From a candidate division FCPU426 bacterium (GTDB lineage: Bacteria > Oederibacteriota > Muellerivitia > Muellerivitales > Muellerivitaceae): a stretch of DNA of 64,000 nucleotides. The DNA lies in the NCBI GenBank assembly GCA_963796105.1, contig CAWCKJ010000004.1, positions 352,001 through 416,000 of the forward strand, in the 5' to 3' direction. Each line of letters begins with the position of its first letter. Positions within the stretch are counted from its first letter, which is position 1. Of the stretch, positions 1-11,000 are shown piece after piece. Under the pieces are notes generated by a model, which worked only from the letters and a program-made list of their open reading frames with translations, was not told where the DNA came from and did no database searches. A program made the translations under genes and the position numbers.

Positions 1-1408
1 CCATTTTATCATCCACATAGGTGACGGAAGCCCACTCCCAGACAATCCCGATGGATGTATCTCCCCCGATCCCGGCGTCAAGGGCGGGCTTGAAGCTTGA
101 AATCCTGTACTGGTGGCCCCAGGTATCGGAGTTATAGGGGGAATAGGGTGCGCCCGGTTTGTTAGTGTTCAAGGGATCGTCCAGTAAGAGTCCATATGCG
201 TCCAATGTTAACTGGAGGGAAGTTCCGCCACCTAGGTAACACCGTTTCAACTTGATTTCGCCGTTGGTTCCTACAACCCAACCTGTGTAATTGTCGAACC
301 CGTAGAAAACCCCTGTCTTATTATTATCGTCAAACCCGTTCCGAATCATGTCCGCCATTAAGGAAACCTTGAACTGGTCCATAAGTTCCGAATCGGGCCA
401 CAACAGGGCGGTGCCAATGCGAGCGCCCCGGAAAGGCCAGTCCGGCTCTTGGTTGAGGTAATTTTCATATTTATAAGTATCGTCGGCGCGCTTGTACATC
501 TCGGGCATGTAACGAAGATCAAGGTTGTTCCTGTTCCAAAGGGTCAAAGGTGTATAGGATTCCTCAAAATCCCCCACGGTCGCGGAAAACCACGAAGGGT
601 TGAATTCCATGGTTGCTCTGCGGAACATCAACCAATCAATGCCAGGATAGTTGTTCGACTCAAAGGCAGTTTGATACCTTAAAACCGCGTCCCAACGCAC
701 CTGTTTGGAAACCACCCCTATGGGTTGAAAATCGAGGTAACCGAAACCTTCCCGCTCGGCCGAGCCTAAGGAAGAATAAGCCGGATCACCCCAGTATTGC
801 CTTGAAATTCCAAAAGCTCTTCCCAACCCATGCCAAGTAATGGTGGGGTATTCTGTGATTCCCTGGAGACGCTTCCACAGGGCATATTGCGAGTTCTCCA
901 CGGCGGCTTCGTGGTCTTCCACCGTTTTTACTTCTCCTTTTACTCGAGTAAGTTCGTATTGGTATGCCTCCTGCAAGCTATGAAGGCTTTTCAACGCCTG
1001 GGCCAACACCACCGCCTCATCCGGCGTGGGCAAAGGTGTGGGAGCTGCGGTTTTGGCGGGAACAGCCGCAACGGGGGTAGCAACGGATGGAGCAGTGGCA
1101 GGGGCGGGTGTTGTAACAATCGTATCCAAGGGAGCTGGCAAGTCCAAATCAGAATCAGCCACAACGATCTCGTTGTATTTATCCTGGGCTCTCAAAATAA
1201 GATTGACAACTTCAAAGCGCGTCAAAGGGGCAATGGCAGAACCTGACGCCAGCAAACCGGCTTGTTCCAATTGCTGGAGGCGCATATAGGTCGAGTCATT
1301 GGCCGGGACAACCGTGAATAGGCTGTCGCCTGCCAAGGCAGTACTTTTCACCTGCGCCAAGATAAAGCCCAGGAATGAAAAGAGAATGATTTTAGAAATG
1401 AGCTTCAT
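1..1408 (-). CDS. SLH-like/Pro-rich/coiled-coil outer-membrane beta-barrel protein, paralog 3 (3' end outside the window)
   Basis: Not in the ORF track. Manual translation from ATG at 1408: MKLISKIILFSFLGFILAQVKSTALAGDSLFTVVPANDSTYMRLQQLEQAGLL...APLTRFEVVNLI, then a Pro/Ala/Thr linker and a coiled-coil-like segment. The same frame is open at the window edge (...GIVWEWASVTYVDDKM); the middle was not translated codon by codon. Overlaps the upstream gene by 17 bp. Confidence 0.75.
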   Translation of the reverse strand, partial: MKLISKIILFSFLGFILAQVKSTALAGDSLFTVVPANDSTYMRLQQLEQAGLLASGSAIAPLTRFEVVNLILRAQDKYNEIVVADSDLDLPAPLDTIVTTPAPATAPSVATPVAAVPAKTAAPTPLPTPDEAVVLAQALKSLHSLQEAYQYELTRVKGEVKTVEDHEAAVENSQYALWKRLQGITEYPTITWHGLGRAFGISRQYWGDPAYSSLGSAEREGFGYLDFQPIGVVSKQVRWDAVLRYQTAFESNNYPGIDWLMFRRATMEFNPSWFSATVGDFEESYTPLTLWNRNNLDLRYMPEMYKRADDTYKYENYLNQEPDWPFRGARIGTALLWPDSELMDQFKVSLMADMIRNGFDDNNKTGVFYGFDNYTGWVVGTNGEIKLKRCYLGGGTSLQLTLDAYGLLLDDPLNTNKPGAPYSPYNSDTWGHQYRISSFKPALDAGIGGDTSIGIVWEWASVTYVDDKM

Positions 1409-3680
1409 ACGTAAGTCTCCAAATTTGATCCCTGCGGTCAAAAGCAGGGTTGTCGGTCCACTTGTAATTTACGAAAAACCAATCGCACCGGAGGCCGATC
1501 TTGTCGCTGATCGGATAGAGACCACCCAGCGCAATAGTGTCGCGGGTGATGTTCATGGCCTGTAAGGAGTACTGCCCCGAAGGATCCAGGTAGAAGGCGT
1601 AGGACGCCAAGGTAGGGGGGCTTCCTCCTCCCAGGACAAATTCGCTCCCGGTGGACTGGGCCTGCTCGAATGCCACAGACCAAACCATGCGGGAAATAAA
1701 ATGGACGGGAATGTTGAAATCCACGGCTCCAATCATGGTATTCACTGTGAAGGGGCTCCCCCCCATTCCAAGATCCGTGGTTTGGTGTTTGTAATCTAGC
1801 TGCAGGTCGTAGGTCTTCCCTTTCATGTCAATGGCCTTCGCGATGTCCAGAGTAAGGGCTCCCTCATAGCCTCCGAAAACACGGGCGTTTGTCATTCCGT
1901 CTACCGCTGTAACGCCGGTTCCAGCCGGGTTTAACACGTAATTGGGTTGTATTTCCTGGGCATTCAGCAAGTAGGAAGCTTGTGGTTTCAGCCATTTTTT
2001 CTCGCCGAATTCGCCCCAAAAACCGAGCACAATTCCCTTGCGGTTCGGGGACGCATCTCCATATGGAAGGAAATTCTCGGATAGACGGTCATAAGGGGCG
2101 TAATAGGGCCGGTTAACCCCTTGGAACAGGAACCCATTCAGGTAACCCGGCAAGGCGTCATCAACACCGTTCATGGTAGTGCTCCAATAACCTTGCGAAC
2201 CCGCAGCAGGGGTATAGCGGTTGGTCTGGGCCCCGGGAGAATAAAAATTCGGTCCATTGTTGATGTACTTGCCGGTGAAATGGGCCCCTTGGATATCCAA
2301 GGAAGCGTTTCCTAATATGGCCCAATCCTGAAATTCCCTCGCCGTATCATATAAGTCATCGTAATAACGGCTGACAGCTCCTTCGGCGTTTCCAATCAAA
2401 TCAGCCTTGTCGCTGAAGACAAATGAAACTGTGCCGCTAAGACTTCCGATTTGGTATTCCTTCGGAAAGGTGTCTGGGTAATACTGGTTGGGATCGGTGT
2501 TGGAGCCCAGGTAAGGGGTATTGGCTGTATTGACATCGTCAGTAAGGATCAGGCCCGTCCCCTTTACCGTCAAGAAATCATTGAATAAGCCCAAAAAACC
2601 CTGGGCGCCGCCGTAATAACTGCTGAAATTGAAACCGCCGCCATTCATCTGGGTTCCCACCATGGCCTGCAGCCCGGCGCCACTCAGGAACATCTCCTTA
2701 GGGTTGTCAAATGAGGCGGAAGCCTGGAATCCCCTCATATGCCAATCGGGCCCATGGTCGACATAAGCCAATTCTTCCGTATCCTTGCGGGTGCGGTAAA
2801 AGGAAGTGGGGTCGATAAAGGTATAAACAGGAATATTATAGTTCCATAGCGTGAGGGGGGTATAACTCTTGAAAAAGTCACCGGCTGTGAAATTCGCGAA
2901 ATCGTTGTAATCGGTCAGGGAAATCCACCTGAGTTGGTAGGCAGGCTCGAATGGATCCTGGTAATACATACCCATGGAACGCCACAGCCTCATGCGAGCG
3001 TCAAATAATACGGTGGGAATGGGGATACTTTTCAAATCCCACTCCATGAACATGGCGGCGTTATATTCCATGGCCGGATAAATCGCGTTGGTGCCGAAAC
3101 CCCGGTAATCATAGACAAAACCCCTGGAAAATCCGCCCAAATCCGTTCCCGTGCGTTTCAGATATTCTTTTTGGAGAGCGGCAAAAACCTCGTTGCGGAC
3201 CTTGGAATCCACAATTCGTTGCTCCAGCTTGTCCACGTCTACTCCCATAGCGGTTAATTCCTTCCGGAATTCCGACACCAAGTCCGTCATGCTTTTGCTA
3301 GGAAGGGTTGATTGCGGGGTAGCTGTGGAATCCATTCCCGTTAAAGGCGGAGGCGCAGCCAGGGCAGAGGGAAGTTCCGGCGGCAAGGCTGGCTCAGATG
3401 CGGAAGGAGGGGAGGGAAGATCGAGATCAGCTTGAGCCAAATACTTTTGGGAGGCTTGGGCCGTCAATTGAGCGACCTCTAGGTTTGTCAATTGGTCGAT
3501 AGGTTTGCCCGGAGTCGGGGCCAAGCCGGATGACACCAAATCATCCACGCCCAGGTTGATCCAGGAATCCCGGATGTTCGTGGCCAAACGTCCATGATCG
3601 GCCCTTGCCGGAAATGCCGGGCTCAAGAGAATTACCCCTATAAGAATTTGAAGGCTTTTTTTCATTTCTAGTTTATCCAA
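1392..3680 (-). CDS. SLH-like/coiled-coil outer-membrane beta-barrel (OmpM/SLH-porin-like) protein, paralog 2
   Basis: 762 aa. Signal peptide, DDLVSSGL...LTNLEVAQLT, Pro-rich linker, DLVSEFRKELTAMGVDVDKLEQRI (typical SLH-porin stalk), aromatic beta-rich body, C-terminal ...LTYEAHF. Confidence 0.7.
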   Translation of the reverse strand: MDKLEMKKSLQILIGVILLSPAFPARADHGRLATNIRDSWINLGVDDLVSSGLAPTPGKPIDQLTNLEVAQLTAQASQKYLAQADLDLPSPPSASEPALPPELPSALAAPPPLTGMDSTATPQSTLPSKSMTDLVSEFRKELTAMGVDVDKLEQRIVDSKVRNEVFAALQKEYLKRTGTDLGGFSRGFVYDYRGFGTNAIYPAMEYNAAMFMEWDLKSIPIPTVLFDARMRLWRSMGMYYQDPFEPAYQLRWISLTDYNDFANFTAGDFFKSYTPLTLWNYNIPVYTFIDPTSFYRTRKDTEELAYVDHGPDWHMRGFQASASFDNPKEMFLSGAGLQAMVGTQMNGGGFNFSSYYGGAQGFLGLFNDFLTVKGTGLILTDDVNTANTPYLGSNTDPNQYYPDTFPKEYQIGSLSGTVSFVFSDKADLIGNAEGAVSRYYDDLYDTAREFQDWAILGNASLDIQGAHFTGKYINNGPNFYSPGAQTNRYTPAAGSQGYWSTTMNGVDDALPGYLNGFLFQGVNRPYYAPYDRLSENFLPYGDASPNRKGIVLGFWGEFGEKKWLKPQASYLLNAQEIQPNYVLNPAGTGVTAVDGMTNARVFGGYEGALTLDIAKAIDMKGKTYDLQLDYKHQTTDLGMGGSPFTVNTMIGAVDFNIPVHFISRMVWSVAFEQAQSTGSEFVLGGGSPPTLASYAFYLDPSGQYSLQAMNITRDTIALGGLYPISDKIGLRCDWFFVNYKWTDNPAFDRRDQIWRLTYEAHF

Positions 3681-3697
3681 AAATCCTTTTCCGAAGA

Positions 3698-6600
3698 TTA
3701 GAACAAAAACTTAACTTTGCAAAAATACTGGTTTCCGGAATAATTGTTCGCTGGAATGTAATTGTCATGGAATTCAAGGTACTTATAACGGAATTCCAAC
3801 TTGGCCCCACCCCAAGGGATGTCATAGGCAAGCCCTAATCCATAATCGTTGGTTCGATAATCCACCTGGGGGTAGGTATATTGTGATTTCCAGGTTTCAA
3901 CTCCGATGTCACCCATCAAATCCACGTTCTTGACCACGTTAATCATGATGGAACCATCGTAGACCAACTGTTCAAAGAGGTTGGAAAAACTGGTGGAAAG
4001 GGTGTAAGGAGCCAAATTGTTGGACAAGGGCGAGTTGTTGTTAACGGGGAGATTTGTAACGGAACTGGAAGCGACACCTGAAACCTGATTATCGGTGATG
4101 AAAAAGAACCCATCCACGGGAGAGGTCAAACCAAGCCATTTATCGATTTTGAGTTTGGCGGTCAAGGTAATGTAGTTGTAGGTTTTGAGGTCGTCAATAT
4201 TGGCATACATATTGTTTCCATTTGCATATTTTGCGGGATCTTGACCCGAGGTGGCAGGAGACAAACTGTATGTTCCGCCGTTGTTATAAATGGGCAAAAT
4301 GAGCGGAATCCTCTCACTGGTCATTCTAAATTGGTAGCGTACATCATCGTTGACAATGTCCGCATCGTTTCTCATGGCTTCGATGTTGTTGATGTAGGTC
4401 TGACGCAGGGGATTCACGTTGGGCGCATAGTTTCCCCAAAGGTCCAACCCCCATAAGCCCTCGTCGTCCGGGTAGTAAAAACTAAGCAATTGGGTGGGTT
4501 CGACCTCGTAATAACCTTCCTGGCCCTGTTCGGCCACATATTCCTTCTTTTGGGACACGTCAAAGTTGATGATAAAGGTATCCAGGAAACTAGGCCAACT
4601 CTTCATCCAGGTCTGTTCCCTGCCGTCCCATCCCAAGTTGACCCGCCAACCGTATCGGTCGGTCTGAAGGTTGTCCACCTCCCCGATGGCCCCATAAACG
4701 TCCTGGAAATCGCTGGGATTGAAATAAAGGCCGTGGTGGAAGAAATTAAATCCGCTCATGGTAGCCTTGCTCATGAAGTCGGCGTAATTCTCACTGAGGC
4801 CGAAGTAATAAAGGGTCAGGGGATAAAAAGCCATGGAGGCCTGACCCGCGGGCGCCTCAACTGCGTTGGAATCATTTTGGAGTTGGCCTGATTGTACATA
4901 GGCGGGGCCGGGATAGACGCTTCCCGTATAAAAATGCGAGAACCCGCCCTCGAAATCAAACAAAACCGGGGCAAGGTTCAAATGGATGTCGGCTGAGTAA
5001 TCTTTCATGTCCAGCTGGGGCATATTGGGCAGGTTGCTGACCCCAAAATTGTCATTTACCCATTCCGCGGAAATCGAGGCCCTTAAAAGACTGCCGAACA
5101 AAGGTTGGTCAATCTTGGCCCCTTCCTCCCAACGAAGGCTTTGGCTGGTTGTTTCGCCCATACGTCCCACCAGGAACCACATCCGACCGCCCGGAGCCAG
5201 CCATGGGACAGTTCTCCCTACCGCGTAAATCCCGTCAAAAACCCGGTCGCTGGTGGATTGAACATTGCCTGCCGTGGGGGAATAACTGGGCACGTAGCTG
5301 ATGTTGCTCATGAAGTCATCCCAGTTCTTCGCGTTTTTATCATCATTGAAGCTCTTGATGTTCCAGGGGTTCTCGAACCGCTTGAGGGAATTGTTGGCAT
5401 AGCCGCGACTAAAATCGCCGTAGGTGGTGTCCGGTTGGTAGGCTTCCACAGCGAAGGTGGTGTCCCATTTACCTAAGTCCCCGTAAAGATCCAAAGTACA
5501 GCTGGGATTACCGATATAAAGGGAAACAGGTCCTGTGCCGTAGACACCCCATAAGTCATAGTTGGCGGATGCGTTGTCATAGGGCAAGATTCCGCCTACT
5601 CCGAGGGAAAGGGCTCCCTTCCCCCCCAGGTCCGAGTACATCCCGCACCAGATTTCCTCCAAAGCCTTTGAGACGCTCTCGGTGGCGATACCAGAAACGT
5701 TTAAGTTTTCAAACCGAGTGTTGATATTCGTGTTGAAATTCGGGATGCCCGCCGACCTATCCGCCTTTTTCCAAATAGCGTCCACTTCGTCCTGAACCGT
5801 TTTGAGGTTATCTAACTCGTCTTCCTGGGCTTTAATCCGGGGATCATCCAAGCTTAGCCGCGAGCGAAGAAAAACAGTTTCCAAATGAAGTTGTTTCAAA
5901 AGGTCCTCTATTTCCTTCCTTAAGGCGCCAGTAGCTTCCGGGAGGTTTACTGCGGGTGTGGGATTCGGGGTGACTATAGGCGAGGCGACAGGAGTAATGA
6001 CCGGAGAAGGAGCCGATGGGGTCGCGAGAGTTGGCGCAGGGGTGTTCGCGGGCAAAGGCAAAGAAGGTTCTGGTAAAGGCGGAGCGGTCAGGGGCGTATT
6101 TTCAGGCAAAGGAAGCGCTGGCGCAGGAAGTTCCGGAGCCGGCTGAACTGGAGCAGGGGTGTTCGCAGGCAACGGCAAAGAAGATTCTGGTAAAGGTGGG
6201 GCGGCAAGCGGTGCCTCCGGCATTGGCAAAGAAGGCTCAGGTAAAGGCGGGGCTGCCAATGGCGTGTTTTCCGGAAGTGGAAGCGCGGACGGGGGAAGTT
6301 CCGGAACCGATTGAACAGGCGCGGGCGTAACCGCAGGCAACGGCAGGGAAGACTCCGGTAAAGCCGGCGCGGCCAGAGGAGCATTTTCCGGCAAAGGCGG
6401 AGCGGCCAGGGGCGTATTCACCGATAGAGGAAGAGCCGGCGCTGGTTGTGTTGAAGCAGGCAATTCCGGAGCGGAATTGAGGGGCGGCAATTGGACAGGA
6501 GTTTCCAAAGGGGATGGCACGGGAGTTAACGGGGTCGGACTCGGCAACGCTAATTCAGGAGCTTCAATCTTAGCGGCGGCCTTCTCAGTGTAAAAAGCCA

Positions 6601-6814
6601 ACTCCAACCGGGTGACTATTTTCCCCTGATCCAAAACCGCTTGATCAGCGGGATCTAAAAGGCCTAAATCCGCGAGCTTCTTCACCCTTTGGTAAAGGAG
6701 TTGGTCGGGGCCGACATTTTCCATAGGATCAGCGTTAAGCAGGCTGACTCCGCCGTTCCAAGGAAAAAAGGTTAGTAAGGAAACAATAAAATATAATTTG
6801 AGGCGAAATTTCAA
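3698..6814 (-). CDS. SLH-like/long Pro-rich/coiled-coil outer-membrane beta-barrel protein, paralog 1
   Basis: 1038 aa, TTG start with AGGAG SD. LYQRVKKLADLGLL...VTRLELAFY, about 200 aa of Pro-rich repeats, coiled coil, C-terminal ...KVKFLF. Confidence 0.7.
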   Translation of the reverse strand: MKFRLKLYFIVSLLTFFPWNGGVSLLNADPMENVGPDQLLYQRVKKLADLGLLDPADQAVLDQGKIVTRLELAFYTEKAAAKIEAPELALPSPTPLTPVPSPLETPVQLPPLNSAPELPASTQPAPALPLSVNTPLAAPPLPENAPLAAPALPESSLPLPAVTPAPVQSVPELPPSALPLPENTPLAAPPLPEPSLPMPEAPLAAPPLPESSLPLPANTPAPVQPAPELPAPALPLPENTPLTAPPLPEPSLPLPANTPAPTLATPSAPSPVITPVASPIVTPNPTPAVNLPEATGALRKEIEDLLKQLHLETVFLRSRLSLDDPRIKAQEDELDNLKTVQDEVDAIWKKADRSAGIPNFNTNINTRFENLNVSGIATESVSKALEEIWCGMYSDLGGKGALSLGVGGILPYDNASANYDLWGVYGTGPVSLYIGNPSCTLDLYGDLGKWDTTFAVEAYQPDTTYGDFSRGYANNSLKRFENPWNIKSFNDDKNAKNWDDFMSNISYVPSYSPTAGNVQSTSDRVFDGIYAVGRTVPWLAPGGRMWFLVGRMGETTSQSLRWEEGAKIDQPLFGSLLRASISAEWVNDNFGVSNLPNMPQLDMKDYSADIHLNLAPVLFDFEGGFSHFYTGSVYPGPAYVQSGQLQNDSNAVEAPAGQASMAFYPLTLYYFGLSENYADFMSKATMSGFNFFHHGLYFNPSDFQDVYGAIGEVDNLQTDRYGWRVNLGWDGREQTWMKSWPSFLDTFIINFDVSQKKEYVAEQGQEGYYEVEPTQLLSFYYPDDEGLWGLDLWGNYAPNVNPLRQTYINNIEAMRNDADIVNDDVRYQFRMTSERIPLILPIYNNGGTYSLSPATSGQDPAKYANGNNMYANIDDLKTYNYITLTAKLKIDKWLGLTSPVDGFFFITDNQVSGVASSSVTNLPVNNNSPLSNNLAPYTLSTSFSNLFEQLVYDGSIMINVVKNVDLMGDIGVETWKSQYTYPQVDYRTNDYGLGLAYDIPWGGAKLEFRYKYLEFHDNYIPANNYSGNQYFCKVKFLF
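5950..6560 (-). repeat. Coding Pro-rich repeats (PLAAPPLPE / LPLPANTPAP) within 3698..6814
   Basis: Repeated PLAAPPLPEPSLP, PENTPL and TPAPVQ motifs in the translation. Confidence 0.85.
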
Positions 6815-6822
6815 AAATCGGC

Positions 6823-6882
6823 TCCTGAAATCATTCTAACTTTTAAAACCTTTCCTGAAATCATTCTAACTTTTAAAACCTT
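6823..6882. repeat. Perfect 2 x 30-bp intergenic tandem duplication
   Basis: TCCTGAAATCATTCTAACTTTTAAAACCTT at 6823-6852 and 6853-6882. Confidence 0.95.
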
Positions 6883-6895
6883 ATAGAAGGCTCTA

Positions 6896-7669
6896 TCAAA
6901 AAAACTCAACTTCATCGATCCAATAATCGATGGCATAGGTCCCTGCGGCATTATCAGCGGAATGAGCCCACTTCAAGTAAATAAATTCTTTTAAATGCTC
7001 AGTTAATTCGGGCGGAGTAACAGGCGAACCCCAACCCTGAAGCCGAGTCAAATCGGAGAAATTCAAGACATACAAGGTCCAATCGGCGATAGGTTTTAAA
7101 TTAGCGCCGTAATGGTTGTAACACGCATTTACGCAAATGCCGCCATCAGAGGAAGGAAGTGTGGGAGCCGTGGCGATATTAAACCGGCGTTTAAGAGCTT
7201 GGTCGGCTGTCGGACATTTGTAATAAAACTGGATTCCAGAGAAATTACTGGCATCGTACAGGTCTTTCCCTTTGAAATTAAATTGCAGATCAAATTCGGG
7301 ATAAGATGCGTCCCCCTTGTCCGTAAGGCTTCCATATACATGGGCCGCCATCTTGGTGCCGTTAGCGCCTCCCTTAACCACGAAATCACTATTGACCGCG
7401 TTTCCGGCCCAGGTCAAGGTGGACCATTCACCCGCTCCATCAAGATACAGTTTGGGGTTCCCGCTCTTGGATCCATTATCAAAATTGGAAATAACGGAAG
7501 CTTCCTTTGGAACGTTCACCTTAACACTGTTTTTTTCAGGGTTCGCCAAGCCGCGGGCCAAACTAGCGTTCTTTGAGCCTTCATTCACGAATACAGCCCC
7601 ACATCCAGCCAAAAGAAAAAGCCCCAGAACCCCAAATAAAGACAAAAGCTTGGACGAGGCCATAAACAT
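6896..7669 (-). CDS. Lipoprotein with CBM11/CIA30-like carbohydrate-binding domain
   Basis: Lipobox LAGC; ISNFDNG, YDASNFSGIQFYYK, ADWTLY..NFSDL.R..GWG, DYWIDEVEFF. Confidence 0.65.
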   Translation of the reverse strand: MFMASSKLLSLFGVLGLFLLAGCGAVFVNEGSKNASLARGLANPEKNSVKVNVPKEASVISNFDNGSKSGNPKLYLDGAGEWSTLTWAGNAVNSDFVVKGGANGTKMAAHVYGSLTDKGDASYPEFDLQFNFKGKDLYDASNFSGIQFYYKCPTADQALKRRFNIATAPTLPSSDGGICVNACYNHYGANLKPIADWTLYVLNFSDLTRLQGWGSPVTPPELTEHLKEFIYLKWAHSADNAAGTYAIDYWIDEVEFF

Positions 7670-8034
7670 CCTTCACGAAAAGATGGGTAAGGAAAACGCC
7701 GGTATTTTACTAAAAAGCCCTGAAAAGCTGGAATCTTTTTTTAATAAAATTTAAAAATCAGGTGTTTTGGGAATTTATTGTTTAAAACCCTTTTCATTGG
7801 GTTTATTACCATTAAACAAGCCCAGGGTTGAATTTTACTTTTTTATTTATATTTAACGACGGGAAACAAAGCTTCAAACTCGCAAATATAGCTTCAATTC
7901 AACCAAAGTAGCGGTTCTTTAAACTCCAAATTTGAAATAAGAATGGGAGGGCATACCCTGTCCATAATTCATGAACTCTTTCAGAGTTATAAGATCTAGA
8001 GCCATGATCACTTGAATTTTCCAGTTCATTCCTT

Positions 8035-11000
8035 TTATGGCGTATCCAATTTCTTCACGGCGGTCCCTAATGGCAACCCCTTGACGTAAACAAAATCAAA
8101 AACCCGCAGGGGATCTCCCTGCTTTTCGACCATGACCGCGGCCATGTAGCGGTTGTCCCTCTCCGGATGGGGCTCGCGCGGCATATTCAAGAAAAGGCTT
8201 TTCACTTTTACCATATTCCCCGCGGGAAGCTCAAACGGCCCCAGGGTCGCCAGCTCATCCAGGTAATTTTTCGAGGTGTCTATCTGGTGGAGAACCACCC
8301 CTTTCAAGTCCTCGGGCGAATGGTTGCGGATTTCCACGCTTAACGGAACCGGCACCCCAACGGAAGCTTCCTTGGGGGCGGTGACAGTCACGTCAATGGG
8401 TAATAGCCCTTCGGCTTGTTGTAACGTCGTAAAGGCTTTTCCTCCCGCAATGGTCCATTCCATGGTGGTGTAAGGACCCCGGATTCCCCAAACCAACCGG
8501 TAAAGGTCGTGCCAAAACATTCCTAGATTGGCGTTCTCCGGAAACCAGTTCTGGAAAGTCTCGTTTTCGCGGTTATAAAGTTCCAGCGGGCCGGGAGGTT
8601 CAAGGGTTTTCTGGACCCAATTGAAGTCCACCATCTCTCCCATGGCGTACATGCCGTTTTCCCTGGATAAATAAACAGGCCAATGCCGTTTCATGGCCTC
8701 AATATGTTCTCTCGTCCCCTCGTAGAGCATGATATGGTTAAAGGCCACCCCAGCGTCAATGAACATGGCTGGATCTTGGCCGTGTTGATGTCCCATTTCC
8801 CATCCCAAGGTGAACGTGAACACCGGCTTGGTAACCTTTGCCTCATCCAAGATGCTTTTCAGGGCCAGCGACACCTTGTGGGCCCTCCACCACTCGAACA
8901 AAGCCACCACCTGGGGATTTTCCTTTAATTCCACGGTCCTGGCCAGCCAGTGAATCCGATCTTGCTTTGACATAGACCAAAAATCCATGGGGCCAGGGAC
9001 GTTCAAATCCCTGACGAACTCATCCACCATCTCATACCCGGCAAAACCTGTCCTGACATAATCCAAACCTATGATATCAACCAGGGGTTCCTGATCCATT
9101 TTCCTTAGGAAATCGATGATATCCTTGCGGCGTTTTTTATCATCCAGGGAGATGAACCTAGTCTGGATGACCTCGTCGCTGTCCGGATCGTATCCCAGCG
9201 AGAAGTCGTAAGGCGCTTGCTTCCAAGCGTCGCCTTCCACTTTAAAGGTGGTCATGTACCCAGCGAACTGCAGGCCTTTCGCGTGGGCGGCCCTCGCGTA
9301 ACGGCGGCCCGTTTCCATTTCGAGGCGGTTGTAAGGAAAATCCGCCTGCACGAAATGATCCCAAATGGAGGTTTGTCCCATCAAGTCGCAGTATAAATTT
9401 GCCCCCATGAATTTCGCCCAATCAATGGCGTTGGAGGTGCTGGAGGATCCGTTTCCATCCAAAGGCGGCACGGCGCCGTTTACCAATTGCTTCCCCCCCT
9501 CCATCGTAAGCGCGGCATAGCCGGGATAAAGCCCGTGGGGTTTCAAGTGCGCGATGGTAAACGCGGATTCAAAAGTCCGGGGAACCTTCCATTGCGGGGA
9601 AGTAATGATCACCTCGGCGATGTAAGTTCCCGCCTTGGGGTTGTAGGGAATCGGCCAATTGCCGAGAAGCTTCTTCCCCTCCTGATCCTTCCTTAAATAC
9701 AACTTGGACCTGCCATCCACCATGTTAACCGGCTCCCCGTCGCGGAACACCTCCACGGATGCGTGGATATCGGAGAAATAAGTCGAATCCTTTGGATTAA
9801 CCCTCACCTCAAAAGGCACCATTTCGTAGCGAAAAAAAGTGCGAGTGGGCATAACGGCGATGGCGTCTGGAATCATCTGGGAAACAGAGGGTGCTTGGAG
9901 GACGTTCTTGGCCCTGGAGGGGGAAAGGGTGGCCTTGGCCCAGTAGGCGCCAACACTTAATAAAAGAACAATTAAAACAGCCCAGCCGATCAGGGATCGC
10001 TCAACAAAAGCCTGGTAAATCCCTTTCCAGGATTCCCAACGCGGTGCCGGCCGCAGCAAGGGCAAAAACTCGGGGGAAGGCCATTCCAAATTCGGCTTCT
10101 GGGTGTTTTCAGGAACATCAACAATATCTTTCTCATGGCTCTCCTCATGGCCGATCCCAGCCCTGGAAAGTGGCGTTGAAACCCTCCCCGAAGCCAATGG
10201 GCTGGGGATCTCATCGGCCATTTCCGGATTGAGTTGAATGGCATTTTCCTCCTCCCATTCTTCCTGGAATGGGGTTTCAACCCATTCCGTTAGGACCCGT
10301 TTCGTTTCTGAATAGGCTTCTTCCAAATCCTTTGTTTTTTTCTCTGCCGGGAAAGAATGGGCCTTATCTATTGCTGGAGACTTCCTTGAAAAATAACTCT
10401 TGCGCCACTGGTTCATATTCCAAATCAAACCAACGATCGATCGAAACAGGAACGGGAATGATGAGAAAAACCATCGAACTGCTATCAGGGAATAACGGAA
10501 GAGGAAACTAAGACCCGTCAGGATTTTTTTAACCGCCCAGGGAATAAACGAAAAAAACGGCCAAATCCAATCCTTCCCTTTTCCCGAAAGCTTTTCCAGG
10601 ATCAAACCCACACGCGGCAAATATTTTCCAGCCTCCTTAATCACACTTTTAATATTGAGAACGGTGGGCTCGGTCTTTGGCAAGCGGAAAGGCTCCAGGT
10701 TTTTCGGGGATAAAGTGCTGATATCCCCAAGCGGGACTGATTTTTCCCGGGTGAGCCTCACCACCGTTTCCACGTGGTAGGTCTGGGGGAACATGTCCAG
10801 CGGCTGCGCCCAGTCCGCCCTGTAGCCGTGTTTGGTCAAAAGGGAAAGGTCCCGGGCCAGGGTGGAAGGGTCGCAGGAAACATAGACCAATCTTTCGGGA
10901 TGGAAAGCCGTCAAATGCGCCAGAAACTCCGGCAGGACTCCCTTGCGGGGAGGATCCATGATCACAGCGTCCAGTTGCGTCATTCCCTTATCCCGCAAGC

